The notes under the pieces were generated by a model. It ran no database searches, was not told where the DNA came from, and saw only the letters and a program-made list of their open reading frames with translations. DNA of 17,293 bases from a virus: UHGV virus genome UHGV-1701501; one strand, 5' to 3'. The translations under genes and the position numbers were made by a program. How positions within the stretch are numbered: the stretch's first letter is position 1; each line of letters begins with the position of its first letter. Positions 1-8,379 of the stretch are shown piece after piece.

Positions 1-680
1 AACTGCTCCGCATCCACCTGCAGCCCCACAATGGCCGTGTTCGGGTAGCACTGTTTCACATCGATGATTTCGGTGTATGACGACCACAGCGTCTTATTCT
101 GCAGCTGGTCCGTGGTGCTGTCCGCCGTCTCCCTGACCATCCGGATGTTAAAGGGCCGGGGAGGCAGATTATCCAGAATCACCGAGGCCAGGAACTGTGA
201 GGTGGTCTTGCCGTTAATGGTGACATCCTTTTCCGTCATCCATTTACCACCACGCTCAAGCTGAATCAGCAGGCGGACAGACGTCGGGTTACGGTCACCC
301 TTTGAGGTGGTCTCCACCAGTGACTGCACCCCGAAGGTAACCCGCAGGCGGTCAATGTTCGCGGACGTAATGGTGCGCGTCACCGGTTTTGCCTTCGTCA
401 CTTCCACGCCCAGTCCGGTTTCAGCTCCGGAGGACTCAAAGCCTTCCGGTGGTGTCTGCTCCTGCTCCCCGGCACGCCAGACCGCGGTCACACCGTGTAT
501 CACGGGATTACCGTCCGTGTCCGTCAGCGGGGTTTTGTTCACCAGGATACTCTGCAGTCCCTTCACCGGACCTTCTATCGGTCCCTCACCAATCGCATCA
601 ATCACACTCATCATCTGCGTGGATTTGAGATTGTCCTTCGCCTCGCGAGGTGTGTGCGCCTTGCCGCCACCTTTGCCCAT
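1..680 (-). CDS. J: Tail tip / host specificity protein J, N-terminal part (3' end lies beyond window start)
   Basis: Minus-strand ATG at 680..678 preceded by AAGGGTGAGACA; my translation begins MGKGGGKAHTPREAKDNLKSTQMMSVIDAIGEGPIEGP..., which closely matches my recollection of the lambda gpJ N-terminus; open to position 1. Not in the ORF track because it is truncated. Confidence 0.85.
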   Translation of the reverse strand, partial: MGKGGGKAHTPREAKDNLKSTQMMSVIDAIGEGPIEGPVKGLQSILVNKTPLTDTDGNPVIHGVTAVWRAGEQEQTPPEGFESSGAETGLGVEVTKAKPVTRTITSANIDRLRVTFGVQSLVETTSKGDRNPTSVRLLIQLERGGKWMTEKDVTINGKTTSQFLASVILDNLPPRPFNIRMVRETADSTTDQLQNKTLWSSYTEIIDVKQCYPNTAIVGLQVDAEQ

Positions 681-710
681 TGTCTCACCCTTTACTGTGA
701 TAACTGTTAC

Positions 711-745
711 GCACAAAAACAACAGGCATCCCTGAGGATGCCTGT
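711..745 (-). terminator. Intrinsic-terminator-like hairpin plus T-tract on the minus strand, about 30 nt upstream of the J start
   Basis: Perfect 9-bp stem CAGGCATCC/GGATGCCTG (724..745) with 4-nt loop, followed on the minus strand by TTGTTTTTGTG. Confidence 0.45.
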
Positions 746-782
746 ATCATCACTGAATAAAACTTCTGAATATCTTCACATT

Positions 783-810
783 TTCACAAACTGACTGTGG
801 CGCGTATAAT
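783..810 (+). promoter_or_regulatory. Sigma70-like promoter on the plus strand (-35 TTCACA, 16-bp spacer, -10 TATAAT)
   Basis: TTCACA at 783..788 and consensus TATAAT at 805..810 in an AT-rich intergenic insert; orientation opposite to the flanking I and J genes. Confidence 0.45.
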
Positions 811-816
811 TTCTCT

Positions 817-918
817 GCGTTAATTTTTTTGTCGTGACATAAGAATAATTCCTTACACTTAATCTTCGTAACTCTCCCGCAGTTCCTGTCCGTGAGCACT
901 GCGGGATTTTTTCGCTTT
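817..918 (+). ncRNA. Candidate small non-coding RNA (moron) between I and J, about 100 nt, bounded by its own promoter and terminator
   Basis: Promoter at 783..810 and intrinsic terminator at 875..918 on the same strand, with no ATG-initiated ORF with a ribosome-binding site between them. Confidence 0.3.
875..918 (+). terminator. Intrinsic terminator on the plus strand
   Basis: 8-bp stem CCCGCAGT (875..882) / ACTGCGGG (897..904) followed by ATTTTTTCGCTTTT (905..918). Confidence 0.55.
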
Positions 919-1598
919 TATGCCTGCCGCCCGATAACCACGACCTTTCCGCCCCCGCCTTCATCACGGGTACTGATGTCCTGGGATATACGGCGGGAGC
1001 CAACCAGCATTTCCCCGTAAGGCACCGGCATCGGGTTACCCTGGGCAATCATGTTGTCCAGTGACGAAAAATACGTGTTCTGTCTGCCGTTATCCGTTGC
1101 GCGGTAATCCGGTGTTTTTGCCTTCGGGGCCAGCATCTGGGCCACACCGCCCAGAATCATACTGGCACCCAGTGAAAACAGCATCGTGGTGGCAGAAAAA
1201 CCACCGGCACTCAGGGCTGTACCCCATAACGCCATCGAGCCTCCGGCAGTGAAGAAAGAGCCCACGATGGCTGCCGCCCCCAGCACAATCTGCAGTCCAC
1301 CCTTTCCGGCCCCGGCCAGTCGCGGCACAATGTGGATGACCGTTCCCTCACCCAGCTGTTCGTGAAGACGGGCGTACACCGCCTCCGGTGCCGTGTCATC
1401 ACCGGCAATACGTATCTGGTACCAGCCTTCGTTCATCTGACGGCGAAATCCGGGCACCTGTAACGACAGCGCCCGGATGGCTTCCGCTGCCGTGTTCACA
1501 TACAGGCTGAGGCGGCGGCCAAATCGTTGCAAATCCCCGTGAAGGCAGATGCGTGCCAGTGGCGGTGACGCCAGACAGAATGCGTTCGTCGTTGCCAT
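918..1598 (-). CDS. I: Tail assembly protein I (lambda gpI-like)
   Basis: 226-aa ORF; MATTNAFCLASPPLARICLHGDLQRFGRRL... and C-terminal NTYFSSLDNMIAQGN...YGEM.VGSR match my recollection of lambda gpI. Confidence 0.9.
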   Translation of the reverse strand: MATTNAFCLASPPLARICLHGDLQRFGRRLSLYVNTAAEAIRALSLQVPGFRRQMNEGWYQIRIAGDDTAPEAVYARLHEQLGEGTVIHIVPRLAGAGKGGLQIVLGAAAIVGSFFTAGGSMALWGTALSAGGFSATTMLFSLGASMILGGVAQMLAPKAKTPDYRATDNGRQNTYFSSLDNMIAQGNPMPVPYGEMLVGSRRISQDISTRDEGGGGKVVVIGRQA

Positions 1599-2239
1599 TT
1601 TTCGGAATACCTCTCCCGTTTACTCAGTTGTTCAGGCAGATGGTGAAGCAGTTCACCGTTGCCGCAGTATATGGCGGCATGGTTGGGTACCGATGCGCCA
1701 AAGCAGCACAGCAGGATATCGCCTGCCTGTGCCGAGGACAGGGGCACCCGGTAAAAACCAGTGGCCTCCATATTGTCCAGATACAGGTTCTGACCATTGC
1801 GCCACCACTCATCCTCGCGGTGAAAATCCGGCAGCGTTATCCCCGCCAGATGGCAGGCATCCCTGAACAGCGTGTAACAGTCCGTCACCCCGTGTTCAAA
1901 ACGACGCCCGGTCAGGTGCGGCACACAGCGGAATTTATGAATGTCCCCCCGGCAGACCAGCCACCAGGGCAGGGCACTTTTTATCTGCAGCCGCCGGTCG
2001 GCCTCGCTCAGCCAGGGCAGACCACCGGGATGACTGTGGACCAGTGCCACAATCTCCCCCTGCATCTCTGCCCGCAGCCAGTCTTCCGGTGCAATACGAA
2101 AATACGCCTCCGGCTCTGCAGAGATATTCACACAAGGGATATACCGCTCCCCCTCCGGCGTTCTCACCACGAAGCCGCACGACTCCGCAGGCACACACCG
2201 CCGGGCATGCGCCAGAATCGCTGATTCTGTCTGTGTCAT
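1496..2239 (-). CDS. K: Tail assembly protein K (lambda gpK-like; JAB/MPN plus NlpC/P60 architecture)
   Basis: 247-aa ORF with HSHPGG (JAMM-type metal-binding motif) and a downstream Cys/His region (GVTDCYTLF..., HAAIYCGNGELLHH); position between L and I. 3' end overlaps I by 103 nt. Confidence 0.85.
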   Translation of the reverse strand: MTQTESAILAHARRCVPAESCGFVVRTPEGERYIPCVNISAEPEAYFRIAPEDWLRAEMQGEIVALVHSHPGGLPWLSEADRRLQIKSALPWWLVCRGDIHKFRCVPHLTGRRFEHGVTDCYTLFRDACHLAGITLPDFHREDEWWRNGQNLYLDNMEATGFYRVPLSSAQAGDILLCCFGASVPNHAAIYCGNGELLHHLPEQLSKRERYSEKWQRRTHSVWRHRHWHASAFTGICNDLAAASACM

Positions 2240-2244
2240 TGGAT

Positions 2245-2943
2245 TTACTGCGAAAGTTTGTTAATGGAAAGGAAACCGCCAAAATTAGCCACCATGCCGC
2301 GCATCTCACACCCGCGCATGCACTTGCTGCATCTGTCCTTACGGATATCGGTGGTGGGTTTATCGAACTCATCCGCCACCGCAGGACCGTTATACCCGCA
2401 TTCATCTCCCCGGTAATCCCACATACAGGTGTTCGCCAGCATGATGCGACCGGGAAACAGCGCTCCGTCCGTCTCCGTCGGTGTTGCCAGCACAAACGAG
2501 GCTGTCATGGCCGTCAGCTCTGACATCTGCTCCACCACCCAGCGGTCGCTCAGCTCCTGCTCCGGGTCGGCCTCCGGATTGCCCGCCACAAAATTCACCG
2601 CATCCAGAAAACGGGCATACACCCGGCGGCGGACCACCGTGGCCCCCACCAGGCTCTGCAGGTCCTCCGCCATCCCGGTGGCCAGACCGAACAGATTCGA
2701 CACCGTCAGCGACGGGCGGGCACTGCAGCCCTTTCCGTTCATCTCAAAGCCACTGCCCTCAATCGGGTACGCCTGATATTGCCGCCCCTGCCAGGTAACC
2801 GCCTCCCCTTTTTCATTCAGCTCATTGCAGAAAAAATACCGCTCACCGCCCTGCACCGTCAGGTCGATTTCCCAGAGCACCACCCGCGGTGACTGCTCTG
2901 ATTTAACCGACTCGTTCAGGCTTTCTTCGTGAATATCCTGCAT
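2245..2943 (-). CDS. L: Minor tail protein L (lambda gpL-like)
   Basis: Matches my recollection of lambda gpL from MQDIHEESLNE onward (VVLWEIDLT...GGERYFFCNE...WQGRQYQ.YPI.GSGFE.NGKG, C-terminal GNFGGFLSINKLSQ). Start placed at the internal Met (2943), which overlaps the M stop as TGATG, rather than the ORF-track start at 2970. Confidence 0.9.
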   Translation of the reverse strand: MQDIHEESLNESVKSEQSPRVVLWEIDLTVQGGERYFFCNELNEKGEAVTWQGRQYQAYPIEGSGFEMNGKGCSARPSLTVSNLFGLATGMAEDLQSLVGATVVRRRVYARFLDAVNFVAGNPEADPEQELSDRWVVEQMSELTAMTASFVLATPTETDGALFPGRIMLANTCMWDYRGDECGYNGPAVADEFDKPTTDIRKDRCSKCMRGCEMRGMVANFGGFLSINKLSQ

Positions 2944-3284
2944 CAGTTCACCACCTGCTCTATCGTGCAACTGAAATCACTGTACCGGGCATTATCCGTG
3001 ACACTCCACTCACGGCACACAACCCTCACCGTCCGGTTATGTTTCGGCGGTCGCCATAAAAAGGCACGGTAACCACCATGCCACGATAAAAACTCTTCCA
3101 GCCAGCGCCGGGTTGACTCATCCGTCACCCGGAACACCGCCTGAAACGTCTTCAGTTGAGGATTCAGCCCTGTGGGGCGGCGCTGTTCATAACCGTCACC
3201 AAACCGCACCCTCACCACCGACGGCTTCTCACTCACCTGCATCCCTTCACGCGGGACCAGATGCAGCGTTTTTATCTCAGCCAC
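2943..3284 (-). CDS. M: Minor tail protein M (lambda gpM-like)
   Basis: 113-aa ORF; VRVRFGDGYEQRRPTGLN...FLW.PP...C.EWS... ending EQVVN matches my recollection of lambda gpM; 8-nt overlap with the tape-measure gene end. Confidence 0.9.
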   Translation of the reverse strand: MAEIKTLHLVPREGMQVSEKPSVVRVRFGDGYEQRRPTGLNPQLKTFQAVFRVTDESTRRWLEEFLSWHGGYRAFLWRPPKHNRTVRVVCREWSVTDNARYSDFSCTIEQVVN

Positions 3285-6200
3285 TCAGTATTCCTCCGTC
3301 ACGTCGCATGGACAGCATCACCGCCTGCACCCGCTGGTCAATCAGTTGCACAAGGCTGCCTGCCGCCTCCGGCCCTATCTGGCCATTAGTCCCGTCATTC
3401 TGAATGGCGATATGGTAGACCGGGGAATACACCAGGCCCGCACTGCCGTTCATACTGCCCACCGCTCGCACACCCAGCGAGCCATCCGCCGCCCGGGTCA
3501 GGGGCATAATGGCTTCAGGACCGGCCTCCCCCATCAGTCCCGCCCCTTTTGCAAAGGCAAAGTACGTGGGCGTATCCACAATACTGTTGCTGTACGCACT
3601 CAGGTTTGCCGAGGTATACACGCCGCCTTTTGCATTGGCCACCGCCCCGCCCAGCCAGTCACCAATGCTGCCGAGAAATCCTCCCGCACCGGACATACCG
3701 TTTGCCGCCGTCTTAATTCCGTTGACAATCGCGGCATTCATAAGAACTTTTGATATTTCCTGCAGTACGGATGAGGCCCAGCTGCGCCATTCCACTTTGT
3801 TTCCGTTCAGCATCTCCGTGATGTTATTCACCAGTCCTGAAATCCCCTCCGTTGCCAGCTGTGCTGCCTGAGAGGCGTAATCGGATGCATTGTCCACCCA
3901 GTTACTGAATCCCTCCTGCAGCCCTTTCTGCCAGTCCGCACGCTGCACATCCGATTCGGCATAAAAGGCTTCCTGCTCTTTCAGACGTTCACTCAGATAC
4001 TGTGCATTCTGCGCCAGCGCCTGTCTGTAAAAATCCTCACTGATATCCCCGGTCTGATACTGAGACTGAAGGTCCGCATCCTTCTGGCGGAAGCTGTCGC
4101 GGATCTGCTGCAACTCCCGCATGCGTTCCCTGGCTCGTTCTCCCTGCCCGTACCCCAGCAGTTCCGCTTCATTTGATGCACGCGCAGCCACATTATCATT
4201 CTTCAGGGTCTCTTCCCGGGATCGCAACTGTTCCCGGATTTTTTGCTGGTCAATCAGGGCCGCGTTACGCAGCAGTTCCTGCTTCTGTATCTCCGACAGG
4301 GTTTTCAGTTCACCCAGCGCTGTCTGGTACTTCAGCTTCGCCAGCTCCGTGTTCTGACCGGCCAGTGCCAGTTGCTCTTTCTGCTGCTTCAGCAGCCGGG
4401 AAAAACTGTCTTCCGCTTTTTCCGTCTCTGATTTTCCACCCCGGGATTTGGGTTTATTCGCCTCGTTATTGCGCCAGGCTTCCAGGGCATTACTGATATA
4501 ACGTTGTCTCGCCTCCTGATACGGATCACCCACAAAACCGAGGTCATCCGCCGCATACCCCAGCCGGACGCGCTCTTTTTCTTCCCCTTTCAGTCTGGAC
4601 AGGGCCAGCTCACGCTCTGTTTTTGTCAGGGCACTCTGCTGTTTATCATCCAGAGTGGCCTGTGGCAGCCGTAACGGCACATTCACCAGTCCCTGCCGCT
4701 GCTGAAGCAGTTCATTACCCAGCCCCAGCAGACGGTTGAATTCCGTATGCTGACCGTTCATAACCAGCATGGACTGGTACACCTTATTCTGCTCTGCCGC
4801 CTGCTGACGAATTAACGCCACACGACGGTCTTCCAGCCCGGCAAGCACATCCTGAATGGACTGCGCTTTTTCCTGCATCTGTGCCAGACGGGACTGCTCA
4901 ACGGCAAGCTGCTCTGTTGCCTGAGCAAGCCCTTCCGTTACGGTCTTCACCGAGGTCAGATGGTTTATCATGAATCCGTCACCGGTCGTCCAGCCCGGGT
5001 TCGCCAGAACATACTGATATCCTGCGATTTTTTCCTGCAGGGATTTCACCCGACTGGCCTGTTCATCAATCAGCCGGTTCTGCTCTGTCAGCGCCGCCCG
5101 TGTTCGTCCTTCATTATCTGAGGCTTCAGGCAAAGACATTGACGGCGTTTTATGCGCGATTTCATCTATCGTCAGTGCATACTGGCGCGCAGACTCCCTG
5201 GCCTGCTCCTGATTCTGGTACAGCGTGTACCATGCTGCAGCCCCCAGCATCACCAGTCCGGGTACGCCACCAACCAGCCCCAGCGCACCGCTCATCAGAC
5301 GTGAGCCCACCGCCGTTGTACTGTTCAGCGCATTCTGGGCGGCGCTTCTGGCAGCAATATTTCTGTTCAGGCGTTCCTGTGTGGCCGCCAGACGGGCCTC
5401 TGCTGCAATCTGCATCTCCGTCCCGCGGGCTGCCGCCACGGCCTGCTGAGCACGGTACACGGCTGCTCTTGCCCGCGCCGTGGCAATCTGCGTTCCCCTG
5501 AACTGTGCTTCCGCCAGTGCAACTTCATTACGTGCAGCCGTCACAAATCCTGCCGTGGCAGACATCGCTCCGGAGGCCATATTGCCAAAGTACCGGGCAA
5601 CCCCGACGGCAACCAGTGCCCCCACGGCTGTTGCCACATTATCAATCTGTCCGGCAACACCGTTCAGCGCACCGGAGAGCGTTTTCGTCACCCCGCTGGC
5701 CTCATTCGCACCGCCCACCCAGGCCATAAAGGCGTTTTCCACCTTCGTGATACTACTGGAAACCGTTTCCGGCATGGCCGCATATTCATCACGTAATATC
5801 CCCAGCTGGCTGATTAACGCGGGGACCACTTTATCCGCTGTCAGTTTTCCGTCATCCGCCATTGCCTTCAGATCTTTACGGGCCACGCCCATACCCGCAG
5901 CCAGTGCACGTACGATCCGGTCACCACTTTCATTGACCGAATTAAACTCCTCACCACGCAATACACCCTGCGCCAGCGCCTGACTGAACTGGGTGATCAC
6001 CGAGCCCGCCTCTGCCGTACTGGCACCGGAGATTTTCAGCCCTGTCGAAATGGCCTCCGTCACCTTCAGCACATCATCAGCACTGTAACCATATTCACGC
6101 ATCGAGGCAGCCGAACGGGCAAACAGGGCCGCATTATCCGAAAAAGCGGTACCTGTCCGCTGACTGATATCCATCAGCACTTTCTGTGATGACGAAAATT

Positions 6201-6519
6201 CATCGGATGACTGTGATGCCTGTTTCAGACGGGCATTCACGGAACTCCACTCATCAGCCAGTGAAATCAGGTGTCCGGTGGCAAAGGCACCGGCAAATGC
6301 GCCAGCCATTCCGACAGCCGAAGCGCGGATTTCCGTCAACTGGCTGTTCAGTTCTGCCAGGGCACGTCGCTGCTCCCGGGCTGCCGCAGCGGCCTGACGC
6401 CCGCCATTCTGCAGGGTCCGGTAATATTCACTGCCCATACGGGAAGCCCGCTGGATCTCCGACTGGAATGACTGTGAATTTGCCGAAATTTTGATAATCA
6501 GTTCACGTAACGTCGCCAT
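3277..6519 (-). CDS. H: Tail length tape measure protein (lambda gpH-like), 1080 aa
   Basis: Very long Ala/Gln/Glu/Arg/Leu-rich ORF with Gly/Ala-rich hydrophobic segments, immediately downstream of the G/GT chaperone pair and upstream of M. Confidence 0.9.
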   Translation of the reverse strand: MATLRELIIKISANSQSFQSEIQRASRMGSEYYRTLQNGGRQAAAAAREQRRALAELNSQLTEIRASAVGMAGAFAGAFATGHLISLADEWSSVNARLKQASQSSDEFSSSQKVLMDISQRTGTAFSDNAALFARSAASMREYGYSADDVLKVTEAISTGLKISGASTAEAGSVITQFSQALAQGVLRGEEFNSVNESGDRIVRALAAGMGVARKDLKAMADDGKLTADKVVPALISQLGILRDEYAAMPETVSSSITKVENAFMAWVGGANEASGVTKTLSGALNGVAGQIDNVATAVGALVAVGVARYFGNMASGAMSATAGFVTAARNEVALAEAQFRGTQIATARARAAVYRAQQAVAAARGTEMQIAAEARLAATQERLNRNIAARSAAQNALNSTTAVGSRLMSGALGLVGGVPGLVMLGAAAWYTLYQNQEQARESARQYALTIDEIAHKTPSMSLPEASDNEGRTRAALTEQNRLIDEQASRVKSLQEKIAGYQYVLANPGWTTGDGFMINHLTSVKTVTEGLAQATEQLAVEQSRLAQMQEKAQSIQDVLAGLEDRRVALIRQQAAEQNKVYQSMLVMNGQHTEFNRLLGLGNELLQQRQGLVNVPLRLPQATLDDKQQSALTKTERELALSRLKGEEKERVRLGYAADDLGFVGDPYQEARQRYISNALEAWRNNEANKPKSRGGKSETEKAEDSFSRLLKQQKEQLALAGQNTELAKLKYQTALGELKTLSEIQKQELLRNAALIDQQKIREQLRSREETLKNDNVAARASNEAELLGYGQGERARERMRELQQIRDSFRQKDADLQSQYQTGDISEDFYRQALAQNAQYLSERLKEQEAFYAESDVQRADWQKGLQEGFSNWVDNASDYASQAAQLATEGISGLVNNITEMLNGNKVEWRSWASSVLQEISKVLMNAAIVNGIKTAANGMSGAGGFLGSIGDWLGGAVANAKGGVYTSANLSAYSNSIVDTPTYFAFAKGAGLMGEAGPEAIMPLTRAADGSLGVRAVGSMNGSAGLVYSPVYHIAIQNDGTNGQIGPEAAGSLVQLIDQRVQAVMLSMRRDGGILSG

Positions 6520-6537
6520 TCACCTTTCTCCGGGCGT

Positions 6538-6556
6538 AAAAAAACCGCCTCAGCGG
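6538..6556 (-). terminator. Hairpin plus T7 element (terminator-like) directly upstream of the tape-measure ribosome-binding site
   Basis: Minus strand reads CCGC-TGAG-GCGG then TTTTTTT, then ACGCCCGGAGAAAGGTGA-ATG (H start). Confidence 0.4.
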
Positions 6557-6566
6557 TTCTCATCAT

Positions 6567-7246
6567 TCATGACTGTGCTGCAAAGCTCAGCGCGTCTTCC
6601 AGCGCCGCAAACGGATCCACCTCCGGCTTATCCTCATCCTCGCCCCAGCAAAGCATGGCGTCCTTCAGTGCAACATTCATCCCCTGTGCCCCGAAAACCG
6701 CTTTCACGATCTGTGCATTACGGATATCCCCGCGCTCATCACCCAGCGGGGATACCCTGTCGAACTCCATCCACATCATCGCCTCGCTCGCACTCAGGCT
6801 GTGCCGCAGTTCGGATAAGGTGCGCCCCAGACGGAGCGCAAGTCGCATCAGAAAGCGAATTTCCGGGCGGGCTACTTTTTTCTGGCCGACTCTGCATCAG
6901 CGATCAGTTCCAGTGCCTGACGCAGCAACCGGGCATGTACCGGACCATAGACGGCCAGCACCTGCTCACGGTCGTCCGGAGTGAACACCCGTTGCAGGTC
7001 AGTATCACACAGGACATCGCAGAACAGCGTCACATCCGCTTCCAGGTTACGGCGGGTTTTCGCCACCACCGACAGGGTATCGTCATCCTCTCCATCACCA
7101 TTGAGCACTTCCTGCCACAGATACCAGGCCTCTGCCGAAGGCTCCCGCAGCACCACGCTGACATTTCTCCATTCCGGCACCTTCACCGTTTTATGACGGA
7201 ACCCCGACAGTCTGGCCAGCGCCAGTGTTTTCAGATCTTTTGCCAT
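6567..7246 (-). CDS. Tail assembly chaperone GT fusion made by -1 programmed ribosomal frameshift (G frame 7246..6875, then T frame 6881..6567)
   Basis: Slippery heptamer A_AAA_AAG at the last codons of G (…GCC AGA AAA AAG TAG). My translation of the -1 frame from the slip site reads V A R P E I R F L M R L A L R L G R…, running without a stop into the 93-aa ORF that ends at 6567. Position between major tail and tape-measure genes. Confidence 0.7.
6872..7246 (-). CDS. G: Tail assembly chaperone G (lambda gpG-like)
   Basis: 124-aa acidic ORF directly downstream of the major tail gene, ending in the slippery sequence; SD-like GGCGGATAAGG upstream of the ATG. Confidence 0.8.
   Translation of the reverse strand: MAKDLKTLALARLSGFRHKTVKVPEWRNVSVVLREPSAEAWYLWQEVLNGDGEDDDTLSVVAKTRRNLEADVTLFCDVLCDTDLQRVFTPDDREQVLAVYGPVHARLLRQALELIADAESARKK
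6875..6881 (-). promoter_or_regulatory. -1 programmed frameshift slippery site (A AAA AAG)
   Basis: Heptamer of the X_XXY_YYZ form overlapping the G stop codon; the -1 frame stays open for about 105 codons. Confidence 0.7.
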
Positions 7247-7251
7247 AAGCC

Positions 7252-7968
7252 TTATCCGCCCGCACCATTAACCGTTACCGTACACGCATCAGAGGTAATG
7301 CTCTGCGGCTGTTCTGCAGAATCCGTTACCTCGCAGGTATAAGCCCCCTTATCACCTGACTGCGTATTGGCTTTACTGAAAGTGTCAGTAGTCTGTCCCT
7401 CTACCGGCTGACCATCCTTCTTCCAGGCGTGTTTATAAGGCGGCGTTCCCCCGTTGACACTGACTGACATTGTCAGCAGCGCACCGGTATTCACGGTAAG
7501 TGTCTTCTCCAGATTTTTCACAAACGCCAGCGGTACCACATAGGACACCGGTTTACCCTTCAGGCGAAGTGAAAACGTTGCAGCCACCACGCCGTTGGTA
7601 CCGGATGACCAGGTGTGCTGACGCACTTCCGCCAGGAACTTAAAGCCCTTACCGGACGGAAACTGCACCTTAAACGCATACACCGTGTCATTGTCATAGG
7701 CATCACGCAGGGCGTTCTGGGCCTGATTCAGATAAAAATTACCCGACATGGAAATCTCGGACGACGCCCCCAGACCGTTGATGTTCTCCTGCTCTGTGGA
7801 GCAGAGCGTGGTCACATCAATATCCTGTTTCTGACCGGCGGTGAACTGGACTTCCTTGATGGTGCAGTCCAGGCGCAGATATTCCGCCTTCTCCATGGTT
7901 TCAGCAGTCGCCGGGGCAGATGAAATCATCACCTGCGTCAGCTGTGAGCGTTCATACAAAGCAGACAT
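7252..7968 (-). CDS. V: Major tail (tube) protein with C-terminal Ig-like domain (lambda gpV-like)
   Basis: 238-aa ORF directly upstream of G; C-terminal segment ...PPYKHAWKKDGQPVEGQTTDTFSKANTQSGDKGAYTCEVTDSAEQPQ...TVTV has the Tyr-Trp...Gly-Tyr-Cys pattern of Ig-like domains; strong SD AGGAGG, 4-nt spacer, ATG. Confidence 0.85.
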   Translation of the reverse strand: MSALYERSQLTQVMISSAPATAETMEKAEYLRLDCTIKEVQFTAGQKQDIDVTTLCSTEQENINGLGASSEISMSGNFYLNQAQNALRDAYDNDTVYAFKVQFPSGKGFKFLAEVRQHTWSSGTNGVVAATFSLRLKGKPVSYVVPLAFVKNLEKTLTVNTGALLTMSVSVNGGTPPYKHAWKKDGQPVEGQTTDTFSKANTQSGDKGAYTCEVTDSAEQPQSITSDACTVTVNGAGG

Positions 7969-7983
7969 TCTGCCTCCTGATAA

Positions 7984-8006
7984 TAAAAAACCCGCTCGCG
8001 GCGGGG
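7984..8006 (-). terminator. Hairpin plus T6 element (terminator-like) directly upstream of the major tail gene ribosome-binding site
   Basis: Minus strand reads CCCGCCGCGAGCGGG then TTTTTTATTATC-AGGAGG-CAGA-ATG. Confidence 0.4.
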
Positions 8007-8034
8007 TATGGGTTTTGTAGAAAAAAAGAAAAAG

Positions 8035-8379
8035 TCACACCGTGACCTGAAACTCCAGGGTAGCACGGTAACAGCGGTTTTCCGGAATATAGTCCTGCAT
8101 TTCACTGACGGATCCCGGGGCCAGCAGCATTATGGCTTCACGGGCGTCCTGACGTATCTGACGCGCCTGCGTCACAGTCCCGGCATAAACGTCTATCTGC
8201 ACCGACACTGAGGACTCCGCCTGCCCGCCCATCACGTCCGCCGACACCGATGAAATCAGGCTGAAAACCACCCACGGAAGCGCCACCGACGGTCTGCCAT
8301 CCAGCAGGGGGACCACATACGGGTACACCTGCCCGCCGGCAAGATGCGCCAGATAAGGATACAAATCCGCCTCCGTCAT
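8035..8379 (-). CDS. Tail terminator / tail completion protein (putative)
   Basis: 114-aa ORF in the conserved position immediately upstream of the major tail gene; start overlaps the stop of the upstream gene; family assignment is by synteny only. Confidence 0.55.
   Translation of the reverse strand: MTEADLYPYLAHLAGGQVYPYVVPLLDGRPSVALPWVVFSLISSVSADVMGGQAESSVSVQIDVYAGTVTQARQIRQDAREAIMLLAPGSVSEMQDYIPENRCYRATLEFQVTV

Noticed and set aside
307-794. Plus-strand ORFs at 307..735, 389..628 and 495..794
   Set aside because: They lie antisense to the J coding region, whose translation gives a clear J-like N-terminus; Pro/Ser/Arg-rich low-complexity translations typical of shadow ORFs in GC-rich genes.
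776-1048. Minus-strand 90-aa ORF overlapping the I-J intergenic region and the 3' end of I
   Set aside because: Out of frame with I over most of its length, no ribosome-binding site, and it crosses the terminator and promoter elements; more likely non-coding.
3346-6494. Numerous plus-strand ORFs inside the tape-measure region (e.g. 5100..5501, 5480..5983, 6186..6494)
   Set aside because: Antisense to a continuous 1080-aa minus-strand ORF with protein-like composition; the plus-strand translations are low-complexity.
6491-7342. Plus-strand 283-aa ORF spanning the G/T region
   Set aside because: Antisense shadow of the G and GT genes; no ribosome-binding site and Pro/Ser/Arg-rich composition.
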